A DNA stretch of 37,317 nt from a virus (taxonomy: Duplodnaviria > Heunggongvirae > Uroviricota > Caudoviricetes). Numbering within the stretch: the first letter of the stretch is position 1; each line of letters starts with the position of its first letter. The DNA is taken from IMG/VR virus record IMGVR_UViG_2721755496_000005; one strand, written 5' to 3'. The notes under the pieces were generated by a model that saw only the letters and a list, made by a program, of their open reading frames with translations, did no database searches and had not been told where the DNA came from. Made by a program: the position numbers and the translations under genes. Shown one piece after another: positions 1 through 10,738 of the stretch.

Positions 1-258
1 ATGCAAACCGTTATTTTTGGTCGTTCGGGTTGCCCTTACTGTGTGCGTGCAAAAGATCTGGCTGAGAAATTGAGCAATGAACGCGATGATTTTCAGTATC
101 AGTATGTAGATATTCGTGCGGAAGGGATCACTAAAGAAGATCTACAACAAAAGGCAGGTAAACCCGTAGAAACCGTGCCGCAGATTTTTGTCGATCAGCA
201 ACATATCGGCGGCTATACCGATTTTGCTGCATGGGTGAAAGAAAATCTGGACGCCTGA
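1..258 (+). CDS. grxA: Glutaredoxin 1
   Basis: 85-aa ORF with CPYC active-site motif; translation matches E. coli GrxA as recalled from memory. Confidence 0.93.
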   Translation: MQTVIFGRSGCPYCVRAKDLAEKLSNERDDFQYQYVDIRAEGITKEDLQQKAGKPVETVPQIFVDQQHIGGYTDFAAWVKENLDA

Positions 259-267
259 TCGTCTGAC

Positions 268-300
268 AAGCCCTCGCGTTGAGGGCTTTACTGATTTTTT
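268..300. terminator. Putative bidirectional rho-independent terminator between convergent grxA and ybjM
   Basis: Hairpin aagccctc / gagggctt followed by a T-run, lying between two convergent ORFs. Confidence 0.45.
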
Positions 301-665
301 CTGTGCTGTGGTTTAAACAAACTACTGATAAATAAGAAACACAGTGCCCCCAGCGCACACCAGAACACCGCGCTTAGTAACCATGCCAGCTCTTGCCAGA
401 ATGAGCGCGTCGGTGAAAAAAACAGCCGCATAATGAGCATCGAACAGGGTGCCGCCAGCATTGCGCCAAACAGAGGTTTCAGGACTTCTCTACGCTGTGA
501 AAAGAAGCTGGCGACTGCTCCAGGAAGAATGAAAAATAGCAAGCCGATTTCAGGATGCCCGGCAGCCCGAAAAGCGCCTTTCATGTGCGTCGCCAGAAAA
601 AGGCACACCACAATGAAGAGGACAAAACAGCAGATTGCCCCCGCCCAACGTTGTTTATGTTTCAC
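288..665 (-). CDS. ybjM: Inner membrane protein YbjM
   Basis: 125-aa hydrophobic ORF in the conserved position next to grxA; size and context match YbjM. Confidence 0.8.
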   Translation of the reverse strand: MKHKQRWAGAICCFVLFIVVCLFLATHMKGAFRAAGHPEIGLLFFILPGAVASFFSQRREVLKPLFGAMLAAPCSMLIMRLFFSPTRSFWQELAWLLSAVFWCALGALCFLFISSLFKPQHRKNQ

Positions 666-934
666 TCGTTCCTCCTGACACTGCGTCTATCGAACACATT
701 TTTCGCCAGTGTGGCGTTCAGTAAGATAAAGCCGCTTCGCATTCCATGCTAATATAGGCCAACGCAATTCATATAGCCGTTGATACCTAATGTGATTACA
801 CTAGTAAAATATATTGTTACTTTACTATCGTTTAGGTGCGCTGAATGAATCTGCGCCCTGAATTCTGGTAAAAAACATTATCGTAAATTACCATTTCTTT
901 CAACAGCTTACTAGTAAACAAGAAGTTAGCCTCC

Positions 935-2620
935 GTGAATATAAACGTCGCCGAATTGTTAAATGGGAATTACATTCTGTTATTATTTGTGGTCCTCGCG
1001 CTTGGGCTATGTCTCGGAAAGTTACGACTTGGTTCGATCCAACTGGGTAATTCCATTGGCGTTTTAGTCGTATCGCTGTTATTAGGCCAACAACATTTCA
1101 GCATTAACACCGATGCGCTTAATCTTGGCTTTATGCTGTTTATTTTCTGCGTCGGGGTCGAAGCCGGACCGAACTTTTTTTCCATTTTTTTTCGCGATGG
1201 GAAAAATTACCTAATGTTAGCACTGGTGATGGTTGGCAGTGCGCTGGTGATCGCCTTAGGGTTAGGTAAGCTGTTTGGCTGGGATATTGGCCTGACGGCC
1301 GGTATGTTAGCAGGCTCTATGACGTCGACACCGGTTCTGGTCGGTGCTGGCGATACACTGCGTCATTCCGGCATGGAAAGCAGGCAGCTCTCACTGGCAC
1401 TGGATAATCTGAGCCTCGGGTATGCCTTAACCTATTTAATCGGTCTGGTGAGTTTGATTGTTGGTGCGCGTTACTTGCCGAAATTGCAGCATCAGGACTT
1501 ACAGACCAGCGCCCAGCAAATCGCCCGCGAACGTGGCCTGGACACTGATGCCAACCGTAAGGTTTATTTACCGGTGATCCGCGCCTATCGCGTCGGCCCG
1601 GAGCTGGTGGCCTGGACCGACGGCAAAAATCTGCGTGAACTGGGTATTTATCGACAAACCGGCTGCTACATTGAACGTATTCGACGTAACGGGATTCTGG
1701 CAAATCCAGACGGTGATGCCGTGCTACAAATGGGCGATGAAATAGCGTTGGTAGGCTATCCCGACGCCCATGCCCGACTCGATCCCAGCTTCCGTAACGG
1801 TAAAGAAGTTTTCGATCGTGACCTTCTCGACATGCGTATCGTCACTGAAGAAGTGGTCGTTAAAAACCATAACGCTGTAGGTAAACGTCTCGCACAACTG
1901 AAGTTGACCGATCACGGTTGCTTCCTTAACCGCGTCATTCGTAGCCAGATTGAGATGCCGATAGATGACAACGTCGTGCTTAACAAAGGTGACGTTTTAC
2001 AAGTCAGCGGTGATGCCCGTCGCGTAAAAACCATCGCCGATCGCATCGGCTTTATCTCGATTCACAGCCAGGTCACTGACCTGCTGGCATTTTGCGCCTT
2101 CTTTGTTATTGGGCTGATGATCGGGATGATCACCTTCCAGTTCAGCACATTCAGTTTCGGCATGGGGAACGCTGCCGGGTTGTTATTCGCCGGAATTATG
2201 CTGGGCTTTATGCGTGCTAACCACCCGACCTTCGGTTACATTCCGCAAGGTGCATTAAGCATGGTGAAAGAGTTCGGCTTGATGGTGTTTATGGCAGGCG
2301 TTGGTCTGAGCGCCGGTAGCGGTATTAATAACGGCCTGGGCGCGATTGGCGGTCAGATGTTGATTGCCGGATTAATTGTCAGTCTTGTGCCCGTGGTTAT
2401 CTGTTTCTTGTTCGGTGCTTATGTATTGCGAATGAACCGCGCACTGTTGTTCGGCGCAATGATGGGCGCACGCACCTGCGCGCCGGCAATGGAGATCATC
2501 AGTGATACAGCTCGCAGTAACATCCCTGCGCTGGGCTATGCGGGCACCTACGCAATCGCCAACGTCCTGCTGACGCTGGCAGGGACAATCATCGTCATGG
2601 TATGGCCAGGATTAGGATAA
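935..2620 (+). CDS. ybjL: Putative transport protein YbjL (AAE-family, duplicated membrane domains with central TrkA-C-like region)
   Basis: 561-aa ORF, hydrophobic N- and C-terminal halves; matches YbjL length and the grxA-ybjM-ybjL neighbourhood. Confidence 0.88.
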
Positions 2621-2732
2621 AACTGAAGTTGCCCTGAAAATGAAATTTTTTTGCACAACCGCAGAACTTTTCCGCAGGGCATCAGTCTTAATTAATGCCA
2701 CTGCTTTTCTTTGATGTCCCCATTTTGTGGAG

Positions 2733-2776
2733 CCCATCAACCCCGCCATTTCGGTTCAAGGTTGATGGGTTTTTTG
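2733..2776 (+). terminator. Rho-independent terminator-like hairpin near chromosome/prophage junction
   Basis: Perfect 10-bp stem cccatcaacc / ggttgatggg followed by TTTTTT on the + strand. Confidence 0.45.
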
Positions 2777-2855
2777 TTGCCTGAAATTTAAGCTGTTTAA
2801 AATCATGATGTTAGAAACACTGTTTTTTAACGATGGCGACAAAATGGCGGCAGCG

Positions 2856-3074
2856 TCAAAGAGAGAGCGCCACCTGTCCTGATTTCATTGGATGCGGCTG
2901 AACCGGATTTGACTCTTTTGGCGTTGCAATCGAACGAACAAAAGTTTCATGGGTAACAAAAGTATGGCTGCAGTTAATGTTCTGGCACTGGTTGTAACGC
3001 TCTTTGGTCAATGAAGATACCTGAAAACTGCTGCGAGTATGGGCGGCACTTCCACACAGTGGGCAAATCATCAT
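2856..3074 (-). CDS. ogr: Late gene transcriptional activator Ogr (Cys4 zinc finger)
   Basis: CPLC...CQNxNC zinc-finger pattern and about 72-aa length, as in P2 Ogr; start taken at the ATG preceded by GGGGAGA, not the upstream ORF start at 3107. Confidence 0.8.
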   Translation of the reverse strand: MMICPLCGSAAHTRSSFQVSSLTKERYNQCQNINCSHTFVTHETFVRSIATPKESNPVQPHPMKSGQVALSL

Positions 3075-3164
3075 TTTTCGAGTTCTCCCCATTTTTGCTA
3101 AATTCACAATAATGATACCGCATTATTCCATTTTGCAAACTTAAAAGTTCTCCATTGCGAAGAA

Positions 3165-4265
3165 TCATTCCATTTCGAAATCATCAATCCTCACTTCAAG
3201 CTCCAGACTGGTCGTAAAACCGTTATCCGGGCTGACGGTATGCGTCAGAGTCGTAATGGTCCATTCCGCATCATCTATCGGCTGTTTAAAGCCACTGACT
3301 TTCACTGGCATTTCCGTGTAGAGATCTGCCCGCCCTTCTGCCAGTTGTAGCGAGAATGACGCAACGCCGCGTTGCAGGCGTTCCCACTGCATTTTCGCCG
3401 CTCGTTCGGCGTTGCTCCGGTTGGCATAAGTGCGATTAAGTACCAGCACGTTTTCATCCGTACCCACCAGGTAATCGCCCTGCTTCGCTTCTGGCTCTTT
3501 CTTCTGCTTCTTAGTTCTGCGCTTACGCTTCACCGTGGTGCTTTCTTTCTTCGCAGGTTCGCGGGTATGCAACCAGCTGGCAATTACGCCCGTGTAGGCT
3601 CCGCGATCTGCCAAGGTAAAGCGGTGACTGTCGCCGTCCTTGCGTGTGATAGTGATCACTGGCAGTGGTTTACCAGTGGCGCTTTTGCCCTGCCCCTGCC
3701 GGATGAATAGCAGATTGCCATTTTTCACCGACGCGATGGCACCGTACTGTCGCGCCAGCCGCATCAGAAAACTGCCGTCACTCTCATTAGTCTGGTCTAT
3801 ATGTTCCACGGGCTTATCCGACAGGTCTTTACCCAGCGCCATCTTCAGCTTGTGACGCGCGGCTATTTCCTTTACCACTTCCCCGACGGTGGTCTTGTGC
3901 CAAGATTTTTCACGGCGGGTATTCAGGGTTTCCCGAAAATCAGCACTTCGCGCCCGGATAGTCAGGCGGTCCGGTGCGCCAGTGTGTTCAATCTCGTCCA
4001 CCGTGAATGCCCCTTTCGGGAAAAGCGGCTGCCCCTTCCAGCCCAGCGCCAGCGTAATGACCGCACCACGGCGCGGCAGCACGATTTTTCCATCGGCGTC
4101 GTCCAGCTCCAGATCAAGCTGGTCCGCTTCAAATCCCCGGTTATCCGTCAGCGTCAGCCCCATCAGGCGGTTGTCCAGCACAGTGGTGATATCCCTGCCT
4201 TCAATACTGATGCTGAATGCCGGAGTTTTGTTGCCTTTGTTAAGCAGTTCAGAGCTGAAATTCAC
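3165..4265 (-). CDS. D: Tail protein gpD (late control gene D)
   Basis: 366-aa ORF between ogr and U in P2 order; basic KRKRRTKKQKK patch; assigned by position and family resemblance. Confidence 0.8.
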   Translation of the reverse strand: MNFSSELLNKGNKTPAFSISIEGRDITTVLDNRLMGLTLTDNRGFEADQLDLELDDADGKIVLPRRGAVITLALGWKGQPLFPKGAFTVDEIEHTGAPDRLTIRARSADFRETLNTRREKSWHKTTVGEVVKEIAARHKLKMALGKDLSDKPVEHIDQTNESDGSFLMRLARQYGAIASVKNGNLLFIRQGQGKSATGKPLPVITITRKDGDSHRFTLADRGAYTGVIASWLHTREPAKKESTTVKRKRRTKKQKKEPEAKQGDYLVGTDENVLVLNRTYANRSNAERAAKMQWERLQRGVASFSLQLAEGRADLYTEMPVKVSGFKQPIDDAEWTITTLTHTVSPDNGFTTSLELEVRIDDFEME

Positions 4266-4747
4266 GACAGAAGCCCTCCCACCGTTTTACTGATATCGCT
4301 TAAGGCTGATGTTGCCGTTCCCTGCAGATTATTCAGCTGCGCACTGAGATCACCGAACATATCGGACAGGGATTCATCCACCCGTTTGAGCGACAGGGTG
4401 AACTCAATCCGGCGCGGCATACCGTCGCGGAAAAACTCCGTTTTAGTCTGCTTCAGTCCCTCAATCACATACATGCCGTAAATCGTGCCGCTGCCTTCAA
4501 TCAGAGGCCATGCTTTCCCCTGTTCTGCCATCTGCTCCAGTGCCAGCAACGACAGCCTACCGCCTGTTATCTCCGGCATAAGAACACCGGAAAGCGTCAG
4601 CATGTCGTTGTCCGGTCCCAGAAACTGCGTGGACGGACGACGATTTACCCGGCTGTTAGCCGCATGTCGCCAGCTGCGCTGATACTGCAGTTCCTGATAC
4701 GGCACGGTGCGCAGCATAAACACGTACAATCCCAGCACCATCATCAT
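4262..4747 (-). CDS. U: Tail protein gpU
   Basis: 161-aa ORF overlapping D and T by 4 nt, in P2 order. Confidence 0.78.
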   Translation of the reverse strand: MMMVLGLYVFMLRTVPYQELQYQRSWRHAANSRVNRRPSTQFLGPDNDMLTLSGVLMPEITGGRLSLLALEQMAEQGKAWPLIEGSGTIYGMYVIEGLKQTKTEFFRDGMPRRIEFTLSLKRVDESLSDMFGDLSAQLNNLQGTATSALSDISKTVGGLLS

Positions 4748-7700
4748 GCGTCGTATCCCCCCTGATCGCTGTAGTTACTCCTGGCCTTTGCCTTCAGCCT
4801 GCGTTCACGTTCATCAAGCTGGCGGGCCACCTCCCGCGCAATATCCTGCGCACTTTGTCCTGGCTGCGTCTGGATGATGATCTGCGTCGGTGCCTCAATC
4901 CTGTAAACGGGCGGCACAGTGGCTGCGCGACTCACAATTGCTTCTCCACCTTTCGCGGGAAGTGCCAAAGGGTGCAACGGTGGAAGCTCTGCTGGCGCGG
5001 CAGCAACTCCCATCATTCCGGTAACAACGGCAGCCAGTGCAGCTGTATTTCTCCGGCTGGTCACATTTGCCGGGCCGTTAACAATTTCCGGCCCGTTTTC
5101 ACCGACGATGCCAAACTGCCCGCGCGGGATATACCCGCCGCTGTCATACATCCCCGCAAAGCCATATCCCCATGATGGAAAACCACCCGATGGCATCATC
5201 ACTTTACCGTCTGCATTCACCGTCGCAGGTTGCTGACGCGTCACGCTTTCCGGCAGTTTTGCCTTTGCGGCCTCTTTACTGACAATGCCGAGCTTCTCCA
5301 GCAACCAGGAAACGCCGGATTTCAGGGAGTCCAGCGGATGCATGACCATATTTAGCCCTTCCGCCAGTGCCTCCCCGAATCGTCGCCCCATTGCCGCTGC
5401 ACTCTGCAGTTCGGCAGAGGTCGACTTAACGGGCGTCAGCAGATCAGTAAACCAGCCCCACAGCGCCTGTACTTTGTCGCCAATCCACTGGAACACGGGC
5501 TTAAGCGGTTCGAATGCTTCACTGACGGGACCTGCCGCCGCTTTGAATCCTTCCACCACGCCACCAAGAAATGCGGTGATGGGTTGCCAGTATTTCCAGA
5601 CAACCAGCGCCACGCCCGCCAGTGCAGTAACCACAAGACCTATCGGACTGAGCAGAGCACCTATCAGACCAGATACGGCATACAGGGCAACGCGCAGCAT
5701 CGCCAGTGGACCAGATGCCAGTACTCGCAGCACCGTGCCTGCGGCGGCCAGTCCACCGCGCAGTACCGCCAGAGGATTCATAAACATCACAGCAACAGCA
5801 CGTAAACCGGATAATCCAGACCGCAAAAGTGCAACCGGCGCACCTGCTACAGTTTTCAGGACATTTCCCGTCAGTAATGCCGTGCGGCGCAAAGACGACA
5901 ACGGCGCAGTAAGTAAACCTGCGGCGTTGCCCGATGAAGCAAGCCCGCGTCGCAGCAGTGCCAGTGGTGCGCCAGCCAGCCAGGACAACGCGCTGCTGGT
6001 TCGGGTTACTGCTGCCGTAACGGAAGGTAACGTTTTGATACCCAGCACAGAGAATCCCAGACGAATCACTGCCAGCGGCCCCAGCACTGCAGCCAGCGCC
6101 ACCGCTAAGGTTCCGAGGCCTACGGTAACCGCAGCCACCACAGCGGCTACTTTCATCAGTGTGCCTGTCAGTTCCGGGTTAGCTTCCACCCAGCGGCGCA
6201 ACGCCCCCGTGATGCTTTTCACCGTGTACAGAATATCCATCAGCGGCTGGCGCAGCGTTTCGCCCAGGCTGCTGAAGGTGTTCTGCGCTCCGGTTTTGAC
6301 CAGCAACCACTGCGCAGAAAGTGAGTCCTTGTTAATGTCGGATTCTTTCTGCATGGAGCCGAGCGCATCATTGCCCGCTGTCAGTTTTAGCTGGCGCTGC
6401 AGTTCCGGCAGGTTGTTTGCCAGTTTCGCCGCGTCATCGCCAAACTCTTTACCAAACAACATGGTCATGGCAGACAGACGTTTATCCTGCGGCAGTGCGT
6501 TCACCTTCTCCAGTACGCGCTGGATAGTTCCCATCGCATCCTTCGTCATCTGCTTTTCAATCACTTCAGGATTGAGTTTCAGCAGATTCATCCCTTCAAA
6601 GAAACTCTTGCTTTGCATGGTGGCAATGGACAATTCACGCACCATCGCGTTTGCTGCACTGGCTGCAACCTCTGGCGCAGCGCCCAGTGTCAGAAAGGTG
6701 GAACCCAGCGCCGCCGCTTTACGATAATCCAGACGATCAGCCACACCGCCCAGGCGTTGCATGACATCAATGATGTCTGCCCCTTTCGACATGGCGTTAT
6801 CATCCAGATAGTTCAGCGCATCACCGAGCTGTTCAATATTGCGGGTAGGAATTTTGTAGAGCTGGGCGATTTTCCCCAGACTTTCTGACAGTTCATCCGC
6901 TGGCAGCTCAAAGGCTGTTGCCGCCTTTGCTGCCGTACTGGCGAAGGCCAGCAGGTCACGTTTCTGGTCCTCCCAGCTGTCGTCAGGGTTTGCGACGTTC
7001 ATGCGCGCCCCACCTTCAACCAGTGCAGCGAAATCCACCGCACCGTTTTCCATCGGCAACTGTTCGCTGGCAGCCTTGATGGCATCCTGCATTTCATAAA
7101 AACGTGCAGTGCGGTTGCCATTATCGTCACGCAGACCATTGACCTGCTTTGCCACACCTTTCATGGCATCTTCCATGCTGGTATAGCTTTTTACTGCCGC
7201 CATCACTGGTGCGCCCATTGCCAGCCCTGCAGCCGTGGTGGTGGCTCCGGCACCTGCAATACGATCACGCACCTCCAGCGAACGGGCATAACTGGCACGC
7301 GCTGCATTCATCCTGCGCTGAGCTTCCCCCAGTCGCTTCAGCCGCGCCTCCTGTTTCGAAAGTTCCTGGTTATAACGTGATGTTTCACGGGCTAAACGGG
7401 CAGTTGCTCCCGCATCATCTTTCGCAGAAATTCCCGCCCGGTACAGTTCAGCACGCACAAGCGCCGTTTGCTTCTGCAAATATTTTTGTTGTTCTTCCAG
7501 GCGTTGGACTGCCAGCGTTTGCCGACCTAAAGCCACAAGATGCCTTTGTGATGGTTGCTCCATCGCCTCCAGCTCAGAGCTAAGCAAATTAGCCTTCTGT
7601 CTGGCATAGTTCAGCCTGTCGCCTAACTTCTTGTTATCAGCCTGCAGCTTGCGAAATTTTTCCAGGCTGTTACCCACCTGATTGAGTTGCTTTAATGCGT

Positions 7701-7821
7701 CACGGGAGTTTCTGATTGCGCCAGCCAGCTCTTTCGAACTGGCCTGTGCAGCACGGAATGGGCGGGTGAGTTTGTCAACCGCATTAAGAATGACCTGCAG
7801 GCGCAGGTTGTTATCACTCAT
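4744..7821 (-). CDS. T: Tail tape measure protein gpT
   Basis: 1025-aa ORF with a coiled-coil N-terminal half and a hydrophobic Gly/Ala-rich central region, downstream of E/E'. Confidence 0.85.
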   Translation of the reverse strand: MSDNNLRLQVILNAVDKLTRPFRAAQASSKELAGAIRNSRDALKQLNQVGNSLEKFRKLQADNKKLGDRLNYARQKANLLSSELEAMEQPSQRHLVALGRQTLAVQRLEEQQKYLQKQTALVRAELYRAGISAKDDAGATARLARETSRYNQELSKQEARLKRLGEAQRRMNAARASYARSLEVRDRIAGAGATTTAAGLAMGAPVMAAVKSYTSMEDAMKGVAKQVNGLRDDNGNRTARFYEMQDAIKAASEQLPMENGAVDFAALVEGGARMNVANPDDSWEDQKRDLLAFASTAAKAATAFELPADELSESLGKIAQLYKIPTRNIEQLGDALNYLDDNAMSKGADIIDVMQRLGGVADRLDYRKAAALGSTFLTLGAAPEVAASAANAMVRELSIATMQSKSFFEGMNLLKLNPEVIEKQMTKDAMGTIQRVLEKVNALPQDKRLSAMTMLFGKEFGDDAAKLANNLPELQRQLKLTAGNDALGSMQKESDINKDSLSAQWLLVKTGAQNTFSSLGETLRQPLMDILYTVKSITGALRRWVEANPELTGTLMKVAAVVAAVTVGLGTLAVALAAVLGPLAVIRLGFSVLGIKTLPSVTAAVTRTSSALSWLAGAPLALLRRGLASSGNAAGLLTAPLSSLRRTALLTGNVLKTVAGAPVALLRSGLSGLRAVAVMFMNPLAVLRGGLAAAGTVLRVLASGPLAMLRVALYAVSGLIGALLSPIGLVVTALAGVALVVWKYWQPITAFLGGVVEGFKAAAGPVSEAFEPLKPVFQWIGDKVQALWGWFTDLLTPVKSTSAELQSAAAMGRRFGEALAEGLNMVMHPLDSLKSGVSWLLEKLGIVSKEAAKAKLPESVTRQQPATVNADGKVMMPSGGFPSWGYGFAGMYDSGGYIPRGQFGIVGENGPEIVNGPANVTSRRNTAALAAVVTGMMGVAAAPAELPPLHPLALPAKGGEAIVSRAATVPPVYRIEAPTQIIIQTQPGQSAQDIAREVARQLDERERRLKAKARSNYSDQGGYDA

Positions 7822-8250
7822 CGTTGGCCCCGCATCTCTGAATCGCTTTATACCGCCATTCCAGCACTTCGGTCAGCGGCATAACGTCAGTAACGGATGG
7901 CGGCCAGTGAAAAATGGTGGCGATATCTGCCACCAGATCGTCAACCGTCAGGCTGTCGGTAAACCGGCAAGCACCGACTTCTTCAACAAAAAAGTGACAA
8001 CCTCAACCGACATGGCTGTGAGATCTGCCGGGTCCATCTCTGCGATTTCCTGTGCAGTCAGTGCCGGACTGGAGATGCGGGGGATCACGGTCATCATCGC
8101 GTTCACATCCATATCCATAATGGCCTGCAGGCGTGTGCCGCGCAGCGCACCAGACTGCGGTTTACGCAACACAATTTCGGTAATTTCTGTTTTACCGCGC
8201 ATGATGGGGGTATCCAGTTGAATGGTCTTTTCAGTCTGTTTATCGCTCAT
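7814..8250 (-). CDS. gpE+E' fusion product made by programmed -1 ribosomal frameshift
   Basis: From the heptamer, the -1 frame stays open to a stop at 7814..7816, giving a product of about 145 aa, as for P2 E+E'. Confidence 0.55.
7948..8250 (-). CDS. E: Tail assembly chaperone gpE
   Basis: 100-aa ORF between FII and T; contains an in-frame T-TTT-TTG slippery heptamer near its 3' end. Confidence 0.75.
   Translation of the reverse strand: MSDKQTEKTIQLDTPIMRGKTEITEIVLRKPQSGALRGTRLQAIMDMDVNAMMTVIPRISSPALTAQEIAEMDPADLTAMSVEVVTFLLKKSVLAGLPTA
7987..7993 (-). other. Slippery heptamer T_TTT_TTG (frameshift site of E/E')
   Basis: Plus strand caaaaaa; on the minus strand the codons read ACT TTT TTG in the E frame. 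Confidence 0.6.
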
Positions 8251-8304
8251 TTTGTTGTCCTGTAAATTAGGTTCTGGCGCGGCATTCCGCGCCGTTCAGA
8301 TACA

Positions 8305-8820
8305 TCAGAGGCCGAGGGCGTTGCGGTGCGCTTCCATCAGGTCCACACCGTCCACAATTTCCACCATGTTGATAAGGTCCACTTCATAGAGCACCTCACC
8401 ATTGATGGTCAGCTTCGCGTAGCTGTTGGTACTGGTCACTTTGGTGGTGTTGCTTTCGCCCGTCTTCCACTCGCCGGAATCCACTTCTTTGTGACGTCCA
8501 CGCACGACAAGCTCCACGGCCTGCACTTCCCCGGTATCGTCACGCTGGATAGAGCCGGTAAAGCGCAGCTGGATGCCATCCACCGTGGATTTGCCCATCT
8601 GCTTAAACAGCAGCAGTTCAGTACCACCAATGGAAAATTCTGTATCCAGTGCACTGTCATCCAGTCCCAGATCCACATCCACCGCCCCCGGCATACCGCC
8701 GCCGCGATACTTCTCATATTTGCGGGTGAATTTCGGCAGCGTCAGCGACTCAACGATCCCCTGCCAGTTGTTCCCGTCGTTAAACAAGTTCAGATGTTTT
8801 AATTTACGTGGTAAAGCCAT
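8305..8820 (-). CDS. FII: Tail tube protein gpFII
   Basis: 171-aa ORF immediately downstream of the sheath gene, in P2 order. Confidence 0.88.
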   Translation of the reverse strand: MALPRKLKHLNLFNDGNNWQGIVESLTLPKFTRKYEKYRGGGMPGAVDVDLGLDDSALDTEFSIGGTELLLFKQMGKSTVDGIQLRFTGSIQRDDTGEVQAVELVVRGRHKEVDSGEWKTGESNTTKVTSTNSYAKLTINGEVLYEVDLINMVEIVDGVDLMEAHRNALGL

Positions 8821-8829
8821 GTTGTCCCC

Positions 8830-10002
8830 TTACGCGCTGACCTGGCTGGCGAAATTCACCAGGTACTGATCGGTGATGCGCTGGCGCAGCATCAGATTTT
8901 CAAGTGGCGGCACTGGCGTGTAGTCGTAGTCGATGGTGAGTTTTCCGGCTTTAAGCGTGTCTTTGTCGTTCACCGACTCGTCCAGCCAGCAATCACCACC
9001 AATGAGATAGCCCTGACTGACCAGGTTGCGCATTTTGGCGCGGATACCTTCGATAATGTCGCGGGCCAGCGACGGGTTCAGCGGTTTGTCCACCGCCCAC
9101 ATATGCGCTTCTGCCATCGTGTCCATCAGTACCTGCGCCGTGCGGGTGTAGTTTTCGAAGGCAAAGAGCGGGTCATCACTCAGGCAGCGGGAACCCCAGA
9201 AGCGGAAACCGTCTTTGCGGATAAGCGTGGTGACGTCGTTCTGGTTAAGCAGTCCCGCATCGGTTGCCGGGTCCTGCAGATCCCAGAACACATCTGCAGA
9301 AATTCCGGTGACACCGTTCACGCCCACGTTGGACAGGCTTTTGTGCCACCCGGTCTGCTCATCAATTTTGGCGCGCAGACCAAGCGCACGGGCGGTGGCA
9401 TATGCCGTTGCTTCGGCATTCAACACCGTGTCCCAGCCAGTAAAGTCGGGCCAGATCAGCATTCCTTCGCGCTGGCTGAAGTTTTCACGGTAAGTGATCG
9501 CCTCCTGTACCGTCTTGCAGCCATACGCTGACAGGTAAGCAAACCCACGCAGGCTTTGCGCCACGCTCAGCAACTCAGTCGCAACGGCTTTGTTATCATG
9601 ACCTGGCACGCCGAGAATGCGCGGTTTAACGCCGAGCTGTGACTGGGCAGATAGCAGGGCTTTCATGCCTGTTTTTTTACCTTCAGCAGTCACAGCGCCG
9701 ATGATATTGGTCGTGGTTTCGTCTTCCGTTTCACCCTGCGGCACACGCACAACAACGGTCACGGGTTTTGCCTGGTCAGCGATGGCATCCAGCGAACGGG
9801 CCAGAGTACCGGACTCACCTGCTTTACCGCTGGCAGTCAGCACATCAGTGATCAGCACGGGTTTATTAAGAGGAAATATTTTTGCATCGGCATCATCGCC
9901 CGTGCAGACCATACCCACGATGGCGGTGCTCACCGTGGTAATGGATCGGGTGCCTTCGTTGACTTCAACAACGCGCACCCCGTGGTGGTAATCCTGAGCC
10001 AT
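8830..10002 (-). CDS. FI: Contractile tail sheath protein gpFI
   Basis: 390-aa ORF; size and position match P2 FI. Confidence 0.9.
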   Translation of the reverse strand: MAQDYHHGVRVVEVNEGTRSITTVSTAIVGMVCTGDDADAKIFPLNKPVLITDVLTASGKAGESGTLARSLDAIADQAKPVTVVVRVPQGETEDETTTNIIGAVTAEGKKTGMKALLSAQSQLGVKPRILGVPGHDNKAVATELLSVAQSLRGFAYLSAYGCKTVQEAITYRENFSQREGMLIWPDFTGWDTVLNAEATAYATARALGLRAKIDEQTGWHKSLSNVGVNGVTGISADVFWDLQDPATDAGLLNQNDVTTLIRKDGFRFWGSRCLSDDPLFAFENYTRTAQVLMDTMAEAHMWAVDKPLNPSLARDIIEGIRAKMRNLVSQGYLIGGDCWLDESVNDKDTLKAGKLTIDYDYTPVPPLENLMLRQRITDQYLVNFASQVSA

Positions 10003-10078
10003 AGTGGCGAACCTCCTGATTGGATTAGGCTTCGCCCTATGTTGAAGTGATTGTGCCTGACAAACAGCTAAGCGCAGT

Positions 10079-10096
10079 TGTACCGTTATTCACACA
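10079..10096 (-). promoter_or_regulatory. Candidate Ogr-binding dyad (TGT-N12-ACA) of the late promoter for FI-FII
   Basis: tgt accgttattcac aca, centred about 85 bp upstream of the FI start codon; P2 late promoters carry this dyad. Confidence 0.45.
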
Positions 10097-10144
10097 AAAT
10101 GACGGTATTTGTCTGCTTGCAGGGATAATCAAAATAATGCTGAT

Positions 10145-10717
10145 TCAGGGAGATTCATTGCTCTTATTTGCCGGAAATTTTCTATAAATAGTAGAAACGC
10201 CTACATCAAAAATCAGTGCAATACGCTGTCTTGATTCTCCGGCCTCAAGTAAACGCCCAATCTGTGCCCACTGTTCGGTGGTCAACTTAGGACGGCGTCC
10301 ACCTACTCTGCCTTTGGCACGAGCTGCAGCCAGCCCTGCCCTGGTACGTTCAACTATCAGTTCGCGTTCCATTTCAGCCAGGGCACCCATAACATGAAAA
10401 AAGAAACGGCCCATTGGGGTACTGGTATCAATACTATCAGTCAGGCTTCGGAAATTCACGCCACGCTGGCGCAACTCTTCTATCAGCGTAACAAGATGCC
10501 GCATACTGCGCCCCAGTCTGTCCAGCTTCCAGACAACCAGAGTGTCTCCTGCCGATAGTGTCCTGAGCAGTTTTTTAAGCCCCGGTCTGTCGGACTTAGT
10601 GCCACTGATTTTATCCTCAAAAATCCGCTCACATCCCGCGCAGTTCAGTGCATTACGTTGCAAATCGGTGTTCTGGTCATTTGTTGACACGCGTACATAG
10701 CCAATAAGCATGAGCAT
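10145..10717 (-). CDS. Site-specific DNA invertase (Hin/Gin/Cin/Pin-type serine recombinase)
   Basis: GYVRVST-DQ catalytic N-terminus, LVVWKLDRLGRS and SLTDSIDTS-MGRFFFHVMGALAEMERELI motifs, C-terminal HTH; about 190 aa. Confidence 0.9.
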   Translation of the reverse strand: MLMLIGYVRVSTNDQNTDLQRNALNCAGCERIFEDKISGTKSDRPGLKKLLRTLSAGDTLVVWKLDRLGRSMRHLVTLIEELRQRGVNFRSLTDSIDTSTPMGRFFFHVMGALAEMERELIVERTRAGLAAARAKGRVGGRRPKLTTEQWAQIGRLLEAGESRQRIALIFDVGVSTIYRKFPANKSNESP

Positions 10718-10738
10718 CCCCCTGAATAAAAACCGGAG

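Noticed and set aside
5285-6727. 480-aa ORF on the + strand, antisense to the tape measure gene T
   Set aside because: It lies entirely inside the well-supported gpT ORF on the opposite strand in GC-rich DNA and has Ser/Ala/Pro/Arg-rich low-complexity composition typical of spurious antisense frames.
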